Shown: one piece after another, positions 25,220 through 38,845 of the stretch
How positions within the stretch are numbered: position 1 is the stretch's first letter
How the letters are laid out: every line of letters begins with the position of its first letter
Origin: Octopus sinensis
Taxonomy: Eukaryota
DNA length: 64,000 nt
Reading direction: 5' to 3'
Assembly: GCF_006345805.1 (NCBI RefSeq)
Contig: NC_043018.1
Coordinates: 13,826,001-13,890,000, forward strand
Notes under the pieces: model-generated
The model's input: only the letters and a program-made list of their open reading frames with translations
Database searches by the model: none
What the model was told of the DNA's origin: nothing
Program-made: the position numbers and the translations under genes

Positions 25220-26210
25220 AGAGAGAGTGTGAGTATATGAGTGGGTGTGTGGATGCACACGGGCGTGTGCCTGAGTGTGCGCATGTGTGTGAGTGCGTGT
25301 GCGTTTGTGCGCACGCAAAGAGGAAGACGAAAAAGAGGAAAAGAGAAAGAAGAAAGCGAGAGAAAGGGGAAGAAACAAAGAGAAGGTTAAATGACACCGA
25401 ATGAAAAAAAAACGTGAGGTAGCGCGAGAGAGAGGAGAGAGAGGAGAGAGAGAGATGCGGAGAGAAGAGGAGGGATTGAGAGAGAGAGGAAGGATGTCAG
25501 GGAAAGAGACAAAAAAGGTGAAAGAGAGGGAGGGCGAGGAAGAGAAGGGAAGAGAGAGAAAGAGACAAAGAGGTAGAAAGAGAGGGAGAGGGATAAATAG
25601 GGAGAGAGAGAGAGAGAGAGAAGGAGGGAGACTGCTGAATTTAATAAAATATATAGTGAAAATCCAATTTTGGAAGAGGAAAATGTGTGAGTGAGAGGAA
25701 GAGAAGAGAAGAATTTCTGAAAATTCGATGTGAAAGTGAAACTACATTTTTTATTATCATTTTTTATTTTATCAAATATTGTATCATATGGCCAAAAAGC
25801 ATCTACATACAAATATATACAGTATATACACCAACTCACACAACTACATATAAACACATATATGTATAAATACATACACACACACACACACACACATATA
25901 TGTATATATACAAAGAGAGAGAGAGAGAGAGAGAGAAGGGGGAGAGAGAGAAAGAGAGAAACAGACAGGTAGGTAGATAGATAGATAGAATGGTTGATTA
26001 ATAGGTATTTAGGTAGAGAGGCTGATAGGTATATAGAAAGATCGCCCTTAAATGCTGTCACACAATATATTTGAGAGAAAAACAAGAGGGAATATGTTGG
26101 GCTTGGCTGTGTCAACCAGACTGACCTATGCCTGGGATCATAGAAAACAACAAAGGCATATAATGTATGTATGTATATACACGCGCATAGAAATAAATAA
26201 GACCCCCCCC

Positions 26211-26261
<51 letters not shown>

Positions 26262-26579
26262 AATACAGGCACAAGCACAAATACACGCGACACACACACA
26301 CAGACACACACTATATTTATATGCATCAATATTTTTTCATACAAGCTGGTCAATACAAATCATACTACAAACAACACGGTAAAGATTTGCAGCAACAGCA
26401 AACCCACTTGGATAACTGAATGCCTGGATGCCTTCCTTCTTTCCAAATCAATAAGGTAAAAACATTTCAGACACCTGCAAATCTACCGCTACCTCCACCA
26501 CCACTATTAGTGCATATTATTACAATCATATATCACATTAATACTATCGATATATCGATATATGGTACGTGTATGTGTG

Positions 26580-26612
<33 letters not shown>

Positions 26613-27239
26613 ATGCACCCGTACAAACGTATGTGTGTGCATATATATATATATGTACATTCATATATATATATATATATATGTATATATTCATTCATAT
26701 ATATATATATATACACATATATACATGTTTGATATTCATTTATCCTAATCCGCTGACAGTTATTGCAAAATATTTTTTACCTACCTGTTATCTTCACACG
26801 TTATTACTTTAAGCGATGTATTTATATATGTTTATATATGTATATATACCTATATATATATATATATATATAACTATATATTTCTATGTATGTGTGTTTG
26901 TGGCTTCCTCGGCGGATTTCTCTTGTGCACAGATCAAGCTAAGTCGCTGGTTCTTATATAGTGTCGGCTCTCCACAAATGCCCCTCCCATTCAGCTACTC
27001 TCACTTCATCCCTTCCACTTCTCTCTTCTCTCCTTTCTCATCTTACTCTCCACCACTCCTTCCTCCATATTTTATTCAACTCTCTTATCCAACATTACAT
27101 TTCATGCCTATCCTATGTCGGCGCTTACGTTCACGATTCTATCTTATCCTATTCTATTCTATCCTGCTCTATCTATTCCAGTTTACCTTAGAATTAATTC
27201 TGTTTTTCACTTTATCCTCGCCCCCCCCCCGCCATTCTC

Positions 27240-27829
27240 ATTCAACTGCTACTGCCACTGTTACTGCTACTGCTACTGAGACCGCTACTGCTACAAATTC
27301 ACTTCCATTCTACTAATGCTTGTCCCCACCTACACTGCCACTACCACCACTACTACCGACGACACCTTCTCATCGTCGTCATCGTCGTCGTCATCACCTC
27401 CGCTCTTCACCGTCATCCACACCGGCGACGTCGACGTCATCATCATCGTCGTCGTCGTCATCGTTTCTCGTCATCATTAACATCATCATCATCATCATCA
27501 ATAAACAGCTTCTACCACCACCACCACCACCACCACCACCACGACCACGACCATCATCATCATCATTGTCAATATCATTCATCATCATCATCATCATCAC
27601 TACCACCGCTGCTGCCAGTACCACCAGTAGTACCACAACCACCACTATCACCACCACCACCACACACACCGTCACTACCATCACCACCACCATCAACACC
27701 ACACCAACTATCACGACCATCAGCACCAACACCACCACCATTACCACCATCACTATCACCACCACCACTACCACTACCACCACCATCACCAACACCACTA
27801 CCACCACCATCACCAACACCACTACCATC

Positions 27830-27860
<31 letters not shown>

Positions 27861-28130
27861 ACATCTTCATTACCACTACCACACAGCCGACAGTACTACC
27901 ACCATCACGTCCACCACCACCATAATCCTCATCATCCTCCTCATCATCCTCATCATCAATCTTATCGCTGTCGTCGACATTGTTGTCGTCATAATTATGA
28001 ACGTCATTATTATTGTCCTTGACATCATCTTTTGCATCATCTTCATCAACATCAGCTTCACCATACACCATGCACCCAACCCTCTCCTCCACCCCTCATT
28101 CTCATCATCATTACCAATTCCAGTGTAGAT
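27240..28130. repeat. Compound trinucleotide low-complexity tract (ACC/ATC/GTC/ACT)
   Basis: Successive blocks of cac/acc/atc/cgt repeats; source of the poly-T/V/H ORFs. Confidence 0.9.
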
Positions 28131-28389
28131 GCAATAACAAGAAATGACAAGGAAAGGGCATTATCCCTTCCCCCCCTTCCAGCCTTCCATCATTTGTCAT
28201 TTGATACCAGCATCCTTCACACCTGTGTCTTAACCTATTATCCTACACCATCGTAACATACTATAAAACATACATACACACTTACGTATATTTTTATACA
28301 TACACAGAAATGTATACACAGGCATATATATACATATGTGTGTGTGTGTGTGTTATATATGTATATATATATATATATAATATATATAT

Positions 28390-28420
<31 letters not shown>

Positions 28421-28423
28421 GTG

Positions 28424-28465
<42 letters not shown>

Positions 28466-28749
28466 TATATATATATGTATGTATGTATATATACGTATAC
28501 ACACACACATATACGCACACAGACGGGCGTATACGTACGCATGTAATGCTGTCGGTAGTTGTATACGGGTATTTGGTATTGTAGTTACTTTATTCGATCT
28601 ATTATGTGTACGGCCATACTGTAGCACCACAAGACTTTACGTGCATACACATGCATACACACACATATGTACAAATATACACGTTAAATGTATGTATATA
28701 CATTGATTTATACATATCTGTCTACCTATCTAAGTATATACGTATATAC

Positions 28750-28844
<95 letters not shown>

Positions 28845-29023
28845 GTTATATATTTGTTGTGCAAGATTTTTTATGTGAAGTCGAGTGTCGAAACAGATAT
28901 TGTTATATTTCGGAATGGTCATTTTGCCAGTTTAGCCAATAAAAACACACGCACTGTATATTTGGTGTTACTTTGCTTCAGTGTTATTTATTTTTTACAT
29001 TAATCTTAATCTTATTATATATA

Positions 29024-29604
29024 TACAAGGCGCATTCAAAGAGCTTCATTTTTCCCGCCAAAACTAATGTCGCATGGACAAAACTTTGGGGATGGAAGGC
29101 AAGACCACATATTCTGCACTTGCGTGAAAACTTCCGCGCGTGTCAGCTGCGTCAGTTCCCATCTGCTACGCCTAGAGAACAGACGTGTCGTTCGCGCTAG
29201 TCGGAGTTTCCGTTTCAGCGCATTCATCGAGCAGTGATATTGCATAAAGTTTTCGCCATAAGCTTTATGATACCCAAGCTCAAACCGTCCAGAAAATTCA
29301 GCAGGGTTTCAGTCATGACGTCATAGGTAAACCTCAGATCAAGGAGCAGGAGAACCGCTTCAAACATGGCAGCACCTTAGTGGAGTGTGAGGCACGGACA
29401 AGCAGATCTTCCGCGAGCAAGGTTACGATTGAGAAGGTTCGAAGACTAGTCATGGGGGAGCGTCGTATAACAATCCAGGAAATTGCTCACGAAGCGGGAA
29501 TAACTGCAGATTAGGGATCAGTGCATTCCATTTTAACGGAGAATTTGTACATGTGGAGAGTGTCGGCTAAATTCGTCCCCAAGGTGCTGACACGGCAGCA
29601 GAGG
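29024..29604 (+). mobile_element. Mariner transposon 5' half (TIR-like end plus decayed N-terminal HTH transposase)
   Basis: tacaaggcgcattcaaagag end; IEQ*YCIKF../DTQAQTVQKIQQGF...RFKHG...ECEART...VRRLVMGERRITIQEIA...HSILTENLYMWRVSAKFVPKVLT; truncated at a SINE C. Confidence 0.85.
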
Positions 29605-29609
29605 AGGCG

Positions 29610-29790
29610 CATGCGCCCAGTGGTTACTAAGGCAACGGACTCGCGGTCGTAAGAGAGCGGTTCCGATTCCCAGACCGAGAATTGTGAATATTTATTGAGC
29701 AAAATCACCTAAGCTCCACGAGGCTCCGGCGGGGGAGGGTGGTGAACCCCGCTGTACTTTTTCACCACAACGTTCTTTCACTCTTTCTTC
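29610..29790 (+). mobile_element. SINE family C head and body
   Basis: gcgcccagtggttactaaggcaacggactcgcggtcgtaagagagcggttccgattcccagacc...cacctaagctccacgaggctccggc. Confidence 0.75.
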
Positions 29791-30950
29791 CTACTTCTGC
29801 CACAAAGCAGAGGAACCATGGTGTAACCCACTATGCTGTGGTAAACTTTCAGACCCTAGTCTAGATTGCGATTCCTCTATACCCCAGGATGGTTCAGCTC
29901 TCCACCCGTTAAAAGCCACCGTTTACAGAATGAGGATAACAACGTAGCTTTCGCGCCCGTGTAAACACCAGTCCATCGCGTGTGGTGGGTGGATCTTCAA
30001 GTTGCCACACGCATTCTTAGTAGCTTAGAGTACGGCTCGAATTAGAGATTGTTCTTTGTGGCTAATGGCGTGAGCCCTGATTGGAGGAAGAGGAGGAAAA
30101 AGCAATACGGGGACAGTAACTGCTGCTGCTGCAGCAGATGTCACCAATTGGCATTTGTGTTGAGTGTAGAACGAAATGAGGCACCTTTCTAAAGGGGACC
30201 CATGCACCATCCTGTCCAGTAATCGCCCTTATTTTCTTGCAATGCTCAACTGAACATCTTAACCATGAGGTCACGATCAATGAATGCTATGAATCTTCTC
30301 GCTCCACTTCTTCTTTTTTCTCTCCCCGCTCACTTTTGGTCCTTTCTTTCATAACCTTCTTTTAATTTGTCCCTAAAAACTATTCTTTCCACATCTCTTC
30401 TATTGTTTCTGTCTCTTTCTGTCTCGCTCTCTCTTCTTTTTGCTCCTTCTCTTCAACATCTCCACCTTTTGTTCTCGCTTTCTCGAAACGTCTAAAACCC
30501 TCGCTCTTATACATCCCTTGTGCACGTCCTCTTGTTGAGTGTTAATCTCCATCATTTGTTTATTTGAATTCTTTGTTCAATTGAATTGACCAGCACAATT
30601 GATGAACTGTTGTTAAACTCCACAATCAAGAGCCCTTCACAGTTCAGCCATCCACTTCCTCATTCTCTCAGAATACCACAAAGTGACCCATCGTCATCTT
30701 TGTCACCATGTTCTCCTGCTACTAGCCTTACCAACACTAGGCGATTGCAGCAACATGATCAGTATTAGAAGTCCCGAAATTCCTCTACACACACCAACAC
30801 CCACCCACATACACACACACACACGTGCACACACACACATACATACATATATATATATATATGCATTCATACATACATACATACACACATATACATGCAA
30901 ACATGCATATATATATACATACATATATATATATATATATACACATACAC

Positions 30951-30995
<45 letters not shown>

Positions 30996-31120
30996 CATGC
31001 ATATATATATATATATATACACATACATACATATATATGTATATATACATATACACATACATACATTCATATATATATATATAACACATACATACATACA
31101 TACATACATACATACATACA

Positions 31121-31166
<46 letters not shown>

Positions 31167-31215
31167 CATATATATATATACATATACACATACATACATT
31201 TATATATATATATAC

Positions 31216-31306
<91 letters not shown>

Positions 31307-31466
31307 TATATATATGTATATGTATGATGCGCGTGTGGACAGGGTTCGATTCTCACGCCTACTAATCACCGTTTCTTTCCGTCGCGGGCTTGTTTGCCCC
31401 AATATAAGACTCTTTTCTACAGCCTACAAGCTTATAATAATAGTAGTAGTAGTAGTAGTGGTAGTG

Positions 31467-31498
<32 letters not shown>

Positions 31499-31499
31499 C

Positions 31500-31547
<48 letters not shown>

Positions 31548-32012
31548 ATAATAATAATAATAATAATAATAAGAAGAAGAAGAAGAATTTTTGTCGTTGT
31601 GGATGTTATGTATGTCTGTGTTTCCGATGTATTACTCCGCGTATCGCAACCTTTATGAAGATTTCTGAATGGAACTTTTATCGATCTCCAGCGATTTAAA
31701 TTCCTCAACGTATTGGTTTCTCTGTGTTGTATAATATGTAAACTTCAGAATCTCATCGGACACCAGTCGGTTGCTTGTCTGACCATTTCTTCTATTATAT
31801 ATTTTTGTTTGTGTTATCTTTTGATTTTTTTTTCAGTCATTAGACTTAGAGCCATGCTGGGTCACTGGCCGGAATGGTTTTGGACGAACAACTGGACCCC
31901 AGTTTCAAGCCTTGTAATTGTTCTATAAGTTTATTTTATGTAAATGTATCGTTAAATGAAAGAACACCGTTTATGCAGCGGTGTGGGGACACAAAAACAG
32001 AAAGACGCACAT

Positions 32013-32071
<59 letters not shown>

Positions 32072-32357
32072 CATAAAGTACACACACACATACGCACACA
32101 CACACACCAGGGTATTAACAAAACTAATACCTTGGTGTAGAACTCAATATACGTACGTTTCAGAACACATGGAACAGAGGATCCGCTAAAATTTTGTTGG
32201 CCCCAAAACTCGATATTGCACTCCCAACTCAGGCTTAGAAAATAGTGTTTTTAAATCTATAAAAAATACTTGAAGTTAGGTTTCTTCACAAAATAAGAAA
32301 AAAAGAACTAAAATACATAAAAAGAAAACATCCCCGAATCTCTAGAAATATATATTA

Positions 32358-32745
32358 CTCATCATCATCATCATTGTTCGACCGTGGTTGAGACAATGGA
32401 ATTTACCATGCTACGCCAGACTTCACGGTCCATCATGGCATTACGGAGGTCCTGTTGCTGGATGCCTGTATACATGGAGATTACATCAGGGTAGGAGAGT
32501 GTGCGTCATCTGGTATTGCGAGTAGATGGCTTCCAGAGGAGAAGGGTAGAAATTACTTCTTTTTCAGCTCTACAACAATGTCCAGCAAACTGGACTCTCC
32601 TACCTTTCACAAGAGATGACACAGGTGGTAGTTTCCCATATATTTGCATTTTGGTTGGATGGCGCTTCTACGAGAGATTTTGAGCTCTCATAAGGAGGCG
32701 AGTGTAGGTTCCATCTAACCGCCTCTCAACTGTCTCAATACTAGC
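32358..32745 (-). pseudogene. RTE/RTE-X-type LINE 3' end with (TGA)n tail
   Basis: LDGTYTRLLMRAQNLS*KRHPTKMQIYGKLPPVSSLVKGRRVQFAGHC...LLWKP...SYPDVI...AMMDREVWR; ends in tgatgatgatga. Confidence 0.8.
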
Positions 32746-33923
32746 ACAATTGATGAACTATTAAACTCCACAATCAAGAGCCCTTCACATTTCAGCCATC
32801 CACTTCCTCATTCTCTCAGAATACCACAAAGTGACCCATCGTCATCTTTGTCATCATGTTTTACAGCTACCACCCATATCCCAGCTAAGCAATTGCAACA
32901 AGATCAACACTGGAAGTCACTAGAACAATTGATGACCTTCTCAGTCCACAGAAATTCTCCGCAGAATAAAACAAGTGACCCATCGTCATCGTCATTATAC
33001 TCTACGGTAGTATCATTACCACTACTACTATTCCAATTAGTGAAGAATCACTCCACTCTTTCCCCATTGTCCATCTCAATCTGAATGTATACCAGACAGC
33101 TCCTTGATAAATAAGCCAACTGTAAGTAAAAGAAATTATGAATACACGACCCCATCCAAATACACTGCTATTCTCAACGCAGTGAATAACTTCACCCATT
33201 TACCTGCGACAAGACGTACAACTGGTACAAGAAATACCAACCAACGCCAAACCACACTCCGTACACCACCACCATCACAACCACCACTAAATGCTAAATC
33301 ACACTCGATAGCTTCTACACATGTAATCCGGAATCATAAAATTTGTTGCTATCCCTAACACAAAAGATTATATCTGATATGTGACGGTCCCTTCACTCGT
33401 CTTCCAGGGACTCGATGCGCTAGTAAAAGCATGAGACCAAACCACCACTAAATATACAGCAGAAAATCCCCTTACAGTGACAGTGTTGGTCCAGGCTTGC
33501 ACCGAAACCCAGAAGTTACTCAGGTATCTACAGGGTACAACAGTAAAATCAAAAGCCGCAAACCATGTAAACCATAACCATATTGAACAGTGCAATCATA
33601 CCAAATCCAGACAATAACCCCACCAAAACAAGAAAATTCTTTTTTTTAGCGATGATGGGACTGGCAAAAGAAATAAAAAGAAGCTTCTAGCTCTGATATA
33701 GCATCAGCCAATGCTACTATCCCAGCGCAAAACCACACCATTGCGGTCATTAATGTCGACTGTACAAGGTCTTTCACACTTCACAAATCGAACAAAAGTA
33801 TCCTATCTTAGAGACATTGCACAGCGAGAAAAGACAAAATGTGTAGCACTAAGTGAGACACAACGGATCCCAGACATGTTGGATGCAGAAGTATATATGT
33901 CAGGTTATATACTACTCAGGTAA
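32742..33923 (+). pseudogene. 5' remnant of a CR1/L2/Jockey-group LINE ending in the start of the APE endonuclease
   Basis: 33745-33923 reads TVQGLSHFTNRTKVSYLRDIAQREKTKCVALSETQ...MLDAEVYMSGYILLR (QGL...L-S/T-ET...DAEV..GY.L.R pattern); upstream region has internal repeats also present at 30592-30715. Confidence 0.6.
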
Positions 33924-33933
33924 TATACTACTA

Positions 33934-34340
33934 AGGCTGCAAACTGATAGGATCGTTAGCACGCCGGGCGAAATGCTTAACGGTATTTCGTCTGCCGTTA
34001 CGTTCTGAGTTCAAATTCCGCCGAGGTCGACTTTGCCTTTGATCCTTTCGGGGTCGATAAATTAAGTACCAGTTACGCAAAGGGGTCGATATAATCGACT
34101 TAAACCTTTTGTCTGTCCTTGTTTGTCTCCTCTATGTTTAGCCCCTTGTGGGTAATAAAGAAATAAGAAACGTTAGCACGCCGGGCGAAATGCTTAGCGA
34201 TATTTCGTCTGTCTTTACATTGTGAGTTCAAGTTCTGCCAAAATCGACTTTGTCTTTCATCTTTTCAGGGTCGATAAATTAAGTACCAGTTGCGTACTGG
34301 GGTTGATCTAATCGACTAGCAACTTTCCCCAAAATTTCGG
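33934..34340 (+). mobile_element. Head-to-tail SINE A dimer
   Basis: Full copy, then junction aaagaaataag|aaacgttagcacgccggg (about 34167) and a second copy. Confidence 0.8.
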
Positions 34341-34753
34341 GTTCTCTAAGGAGTAATTCTGTTTTGTTGGAAAGTCATTTAGCTCATTAAGTTGGATTTG
34401 ACGTATATTTGGGTCAATTACTATGGTTCAGATACGATTGGGATATTCCTTTCGATGTGTGACGGATGGCAAGTGAAGAAATGCAAATATCGGCGCGCGA
34501 CTGTTTTTTTTTTGTAAAATATATCTGTTGTTACTGTGGAGTTGTGTATTTTTATGTAAATGTCCAGGAATGAGATTTCATAACAATTGATAGATGTGAT
34601 GAGTATGTTGTTAAATATTTATATGTCCTCATTTAATCTGTCTCAAAAGATGAAGCAGTCATCGAGTAAGTGTTTCCAATTTATATATATATATATTTGA
34701 ATCGTTGGTGATTATTTTCCCTCCGTCTTCCTTTTCTCTTTCCTCTGTCTCCT

Positions 34754-34788
34754 GTTTCTGAAGAAGAGCTTTGCTCCAAACATAAAAC
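34754..34788 (+). ncRNA. Decayed minimal hammerhead motif
   Basis: GTTT CTGAAGA a GAGC ttt GCTC cAAAC aT A AAAC: stems I and II intact; G12>C and a stem III G>A change would inactivate it. Confidence 0.5.
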
Positions 34789-34983
34789 CACCTTTCTTTC
34801 CTTCCCTGAGCGTCTGCTAATACTTTACATGCGCTACGTCCACGCGTTGTGGTTTCTTTTTTGTGTGTTGTTCGTTTTGGGGTGGGGGATTTACTTTATA
34901 TACATATATATGTAACATATGGTGTAATTATAAACAGGGCAAATTTTAGCCATTTCTCTGCGGACTGAAAAAAATTATGAACA

Positions 34984-35026
34984 ACCTTAATCGATTTTCG
35001 AACTGTATTAGGCTCTCATCGGAGGC
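34984..35026 (-). ncRNA. Minimal hammerhead motif, tandem copy 1
   Basis: Minus: GCCT CCGATGA GAGC ctaataca GTTC GAA AATCGATT A AGGT. Confidence 0.6.
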
Positions 35027-35279
35027 GTCCACATCATTCTCAGGCGCCAGGGAAACAAGCAGCCAAACTGTTTATATACTCAACAAATGCAGCAGTTACT
35101 CTATGAAGGAGTCCCTAATTTGCATACCGAAAATACTCGATGAATACCAGCGGCCTGTCAACGGGAATCTTGGTCCACACAGTATCAAGCTGTGATATAA
35201 TAAATAAGTAACATACGGTGTAATTATAAACGGGGCAAATTTTAGGCATTTCCCGCAGACGGAAAAGAAATGATGAACA

Positions 35280-35321
35280 ACCTTAATCGATTTCGAACCT
35301 TATTTTGTTCTCATCAGAGAC
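35280..35321 (-). ncRNA. Minimal hammerhead motif, tandem copy 2
   Basis: Minus: GTCT CTGATGA GAAC aaaataag GTTC GAA ATCGATT A AGGT. Confidence 0.6.
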
Positions 35322-36310
35322 TTCTACATCATTCTGACATTATTAGGTAGACGTCATTTCCGTCTTCTCTCGCCTCTCGGCACTTTTTTCTCTTCTACTG
35401 TTTTCTTCTCTTCTATTTATTCTATTTCCTTTACAAATTTCTTCCATGCGTTACCCATTACAATTCGTCTAAGCCTAACGGCCCTTAATATTTGTCTTCG
35501 TCGATTGTTTACTTTGTACGTCCACTCTGTTCTTGTTCTTTCGTTCGAAGGCACAACTGTCCACAAATCTTATAGTTTAAACATTTCTGGGTGCTGCTGG
35601 AGGTTTTCCTATCTTGTCATTAAAAGCACGAAACAGGAAGAAGTAAAACAGTTGACAACTGAGGAGGAGTTGGACTTCTTTTGGTATTTTCTCCTGTACT
35701 TAATGTGTATTTATGTATCTTTCACTTGTTGCTGATGTCCTTTACTTATAATGTCCTGTACTTAATGTGTGTGTTTTTTATTTGTAATCGAACGCCACGC
35801 AGCTTTGTCCACAGTAATTATATGCATACATACGTACCTACCTACATATATACATACATACATGCATGCATATATACATACATACATACATACATACATA
35901 CATACATACATACATGCATGCATACATAATACATACATACATACATACATACATACATACATACATACATACATACATACATACATACATACATACATAC
36001 CTACCTACATACATACATACATACATACATACATACGTTGTATCATGTGGCGGACTGCGCGTGTATGGGAGATAACGATGTCTGCATAATCATTGGTGGG
36101 ATTAGATGTTGGAAATTGAAATTAAAGAATAAAGAAGACGCTTAGAATATAGATGACTATTTTTTATTTATTTGTTTTGCTTACACTTTACGAAATCGTA
36201 AAATTTCTCTACATCAACTCATTCATTTACGAACTCATCAAACGGCTCGAAACTTTGCGATATTTTTATAGATACACTAATGTGGTGTAATTGCACTTTA
36301 GTACTTTCAG

Positions 36311-36401
36311 GTTTTGTGAAGTCCAGCTTCCCAAGATTGCAATCGGAGCAGTTAAACACATAACTAAATTTTCTATGACCACAAATAAAGTTTACATCCG
36401 G
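36311..36401 (+). CDS. Candidate exon (FCEVQLPKIAIGAVKHITKFSMTTNKVYIR), unknown product
   Basis: Acceptor gcactttagtactttcag, donor cgg|gtaaga; only one frame open; phase 2 to 0. Confidence 0.4.
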
Positions 36402-36962
36402 GTAAGATATCTGTAGATTTCTCATTAGTTCGCCATGTTTTCGTTTTCTGTTTCTTCTTTTATCTTTAAATCTTAACGTCTGCTGGGTAACTGATTCCTA
36501 CAGCTGTGCACAGTATATTTTCTCAAACGTAGATTATGTTTCGTCTGCAATGCTTATATTTTAATGTGGTTTTGACAGAAAGATTCTACACGTTTTCTTT
36601 TCTACGGTTGGTTAATATTCCTTTCACATTACTGTAACATCTTATATGCTCATCTTTGAGACGGTTTTATTCAAAGATTGCTTTATCTAGTTTTACATTA
36701 AACATGATACACTGGAGCTGATAGTCATATTTACACTGACTGAAGTTTTCGATGTTTATATATGTGGCTCATATTTCCGGTGTTACTTCACCAATATCTA
36801 CATCGTCCATACACTTACAGATAAACTGATAGATACATACACCCACACACACACATATTATATATATAACTTTTAGAAAGCTACTAAAAGTTTCATGTTA
36901 TAGAATTACAATAACTTAGTAAAATTACAAATCATGACACATTTCTCCAAGCAAACTTTCAG

Positions 36963-37070
36963 GGTCAGTGCTCACCATTACACTTGTATGAAAACAAGGA
37001 CGTGGTCCATGAGAAAACATCCGAGAGAAAAAATGAGAACAAAAAAGTGAAGGTTGATGCAAAAAAATAG
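36963..37070 (+). CDS. Candidate terminal coding exon (GQCSPLHLYENKDVVHEKTSERKNENKKVKVDAKK*)
   Basis: Acceptor caaactttcag, phase 0, compatible with 36401; stop TAG at 37068-37070. Confidence 0.3.
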   Translation, partial: GQCSPLHLYENKDVVHEKTSERKNENKKVKVDAKK

Positions 37071-37196
37071 ATCGATAAGAAAGAAAGAAACGTCCGAAAA
37101 ACAAGATTTGTTCTTCTCGTAGAAATTTTAATTAATCTACCTGGTGTAGAACAATATAATGGAGACGAGGCCAAACTCTGTGAGGTAGCTACTCAC

Positions 37197-37270
37197 TCCG
37201 GAGAGGATGGGTATTCCAGTTCGACAAAATAAATTTGTCCATGTGCTAGAATTGGCTAAAAATGCCTGGT
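37197..37270 (-). CDS. Candidate exon (QAFLANSSTWTNLFCRTGIPILSG)
   Basis: Acceptor ctctacttattttcag, donor gga|gtgagta; only one frame open; phase 1 to 0. Confidence 0.35.
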
Positions 37271-37770
37271 CTGAAAATAAGTAGAGTGCTGCAATTCTTG
37301 GATATAAATGAATGTGCGATTTTTCTGCTGCACATAACATGTATTTATATATGGCGTATATTTCTCTGCTATTCTCTAAATAATTGTACAGATAGTCTTT
37401 AGATGCCATAACTAGCTAGTCTACTGAATGCCGGAAAGAACGCAGGTGGTTTGCTTGTATTCCTTCCTTTTATTTTCTTTCTTTCCGTTTCACTTTTAGA
37501 TCAATCTTCCTCGCGTATTTCTTCAGAATTCTTTTTCTCTTTTCTTTTTTCAGAGATCACCTTCCCGGTTTTAAGTAAATCTAACGGTATACATTGCACC
37601 CGAAAGCTTACTTCAATACACATGGACTATTATATAAGTCTGCCAAATTATTGTAATTCTACAGCATGTGATTATTAGTAACGCATTTTTCAAATCTATG
37701 TGCATTAAATTATATTCATCTCTAACTGGATGGAGTGCATTTTTAGTTTATCTTACCTGTAACGGGACAG

Positions 37771-37851
<81 letters not shown>

Positions 37852-38845
37852 CAATAAATGGTGGGGTTGTGTTGACCGCACGTGAAGAAATGATAGGCAA
37901 GGAAAAATTATAAAAAGGTAGAATGCTAAATTTAAGGAAAATTTTAATGAAAATGGGTGTATGGAAAATTTTGAAAAATTAATAAAATATATATATATTT
38001 ATATATATATATATTATCTTTCACTTGTTTCAGTCATTAGACTTCGGCCATGCTGGGGCACCGCCTTCAGCAATTCTACCAATGGACTCTAGTAACTATT
38101 TTCTTTTAAAACCTAGTACTTATTCCAGCTTCCTCTTTTGCCGAACCAATAAATTATGAAAACGTAAACACAACAACGCCGGTTGTCAAGCATCGGTGTG
38201 TGACAACTGCAAACAGAAAGACACACACACACACACAGACATGCACACACACACACACGACAGGCTTGTTTCAGTGTGCGCCTACCAAATCCACTCACAA
38301 TTCTTTATTCGGTCAGAGGCTATAGCAGAAAACACTTGTTGAAGGTGTATGTGTACGTGTGTGTGTGTCCGTACGCACCATATGTACGCTAGATGTTCAA
38401 TATTAGATTCTATGTCTTTGTTCATTCCAGCAATCTCAAATAAGGACCCTTTACAATGCTTTAGAGCATTTTGGTTGTCCCATGAATAGATTCTATCTAG
38501 ACGATGCAAGTCGGTTTCCTTTGCTCTTCTTTGTTATTGTGTTTTGCTGAAATTTATGGCATTCCTAGGTTTTTATGCGAAACTGATATTATATAGGCAT
38601 TTATGATAATAGTTCTAAATTTTTGCCTGGGGATAGCAATTTTTTGTTAATATGTGTGTGTGTGTAAGTGGTGGGTTAAATCGATTGCATCGACCCCAGT
38701 ATTTCACTGGTATTTCTTTTATCGACTCGAAAAGGATGAAAGGCAAAGTCGACCTCGAACGAAATGTCGCTAAGCATCTTGCCCGGCGTGTTAACGATTT
38801 TCCCAGCTGGCCGCCACATATACATTTAGGATAATCACAAATAAT

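Larger units (their letters stand above)
34912..35335 (-). repeat. Diverged direct repeat (about 130 bp, period 296), each copy carrying a hammerhead motif
   Basis: gtaacatatggtgtaattataaac...catcattct at 34912 and 35208. Confidence 0.85.

Noticed and set aside
26345-26455. Plus-strand exon-like segment (LVNTNHTTNN... or GQYKSYYKQHGK...*)
   Set aside because: Weak donor (gtaaaa) and not phase-compatible with the neighbouring plus-strand candidates.
29790-30010. Possible RTE 5' UTR or HDV-like ribozyme
   Set aside because: I could not build the nested double pseudoknot by eye; similarity too vague.
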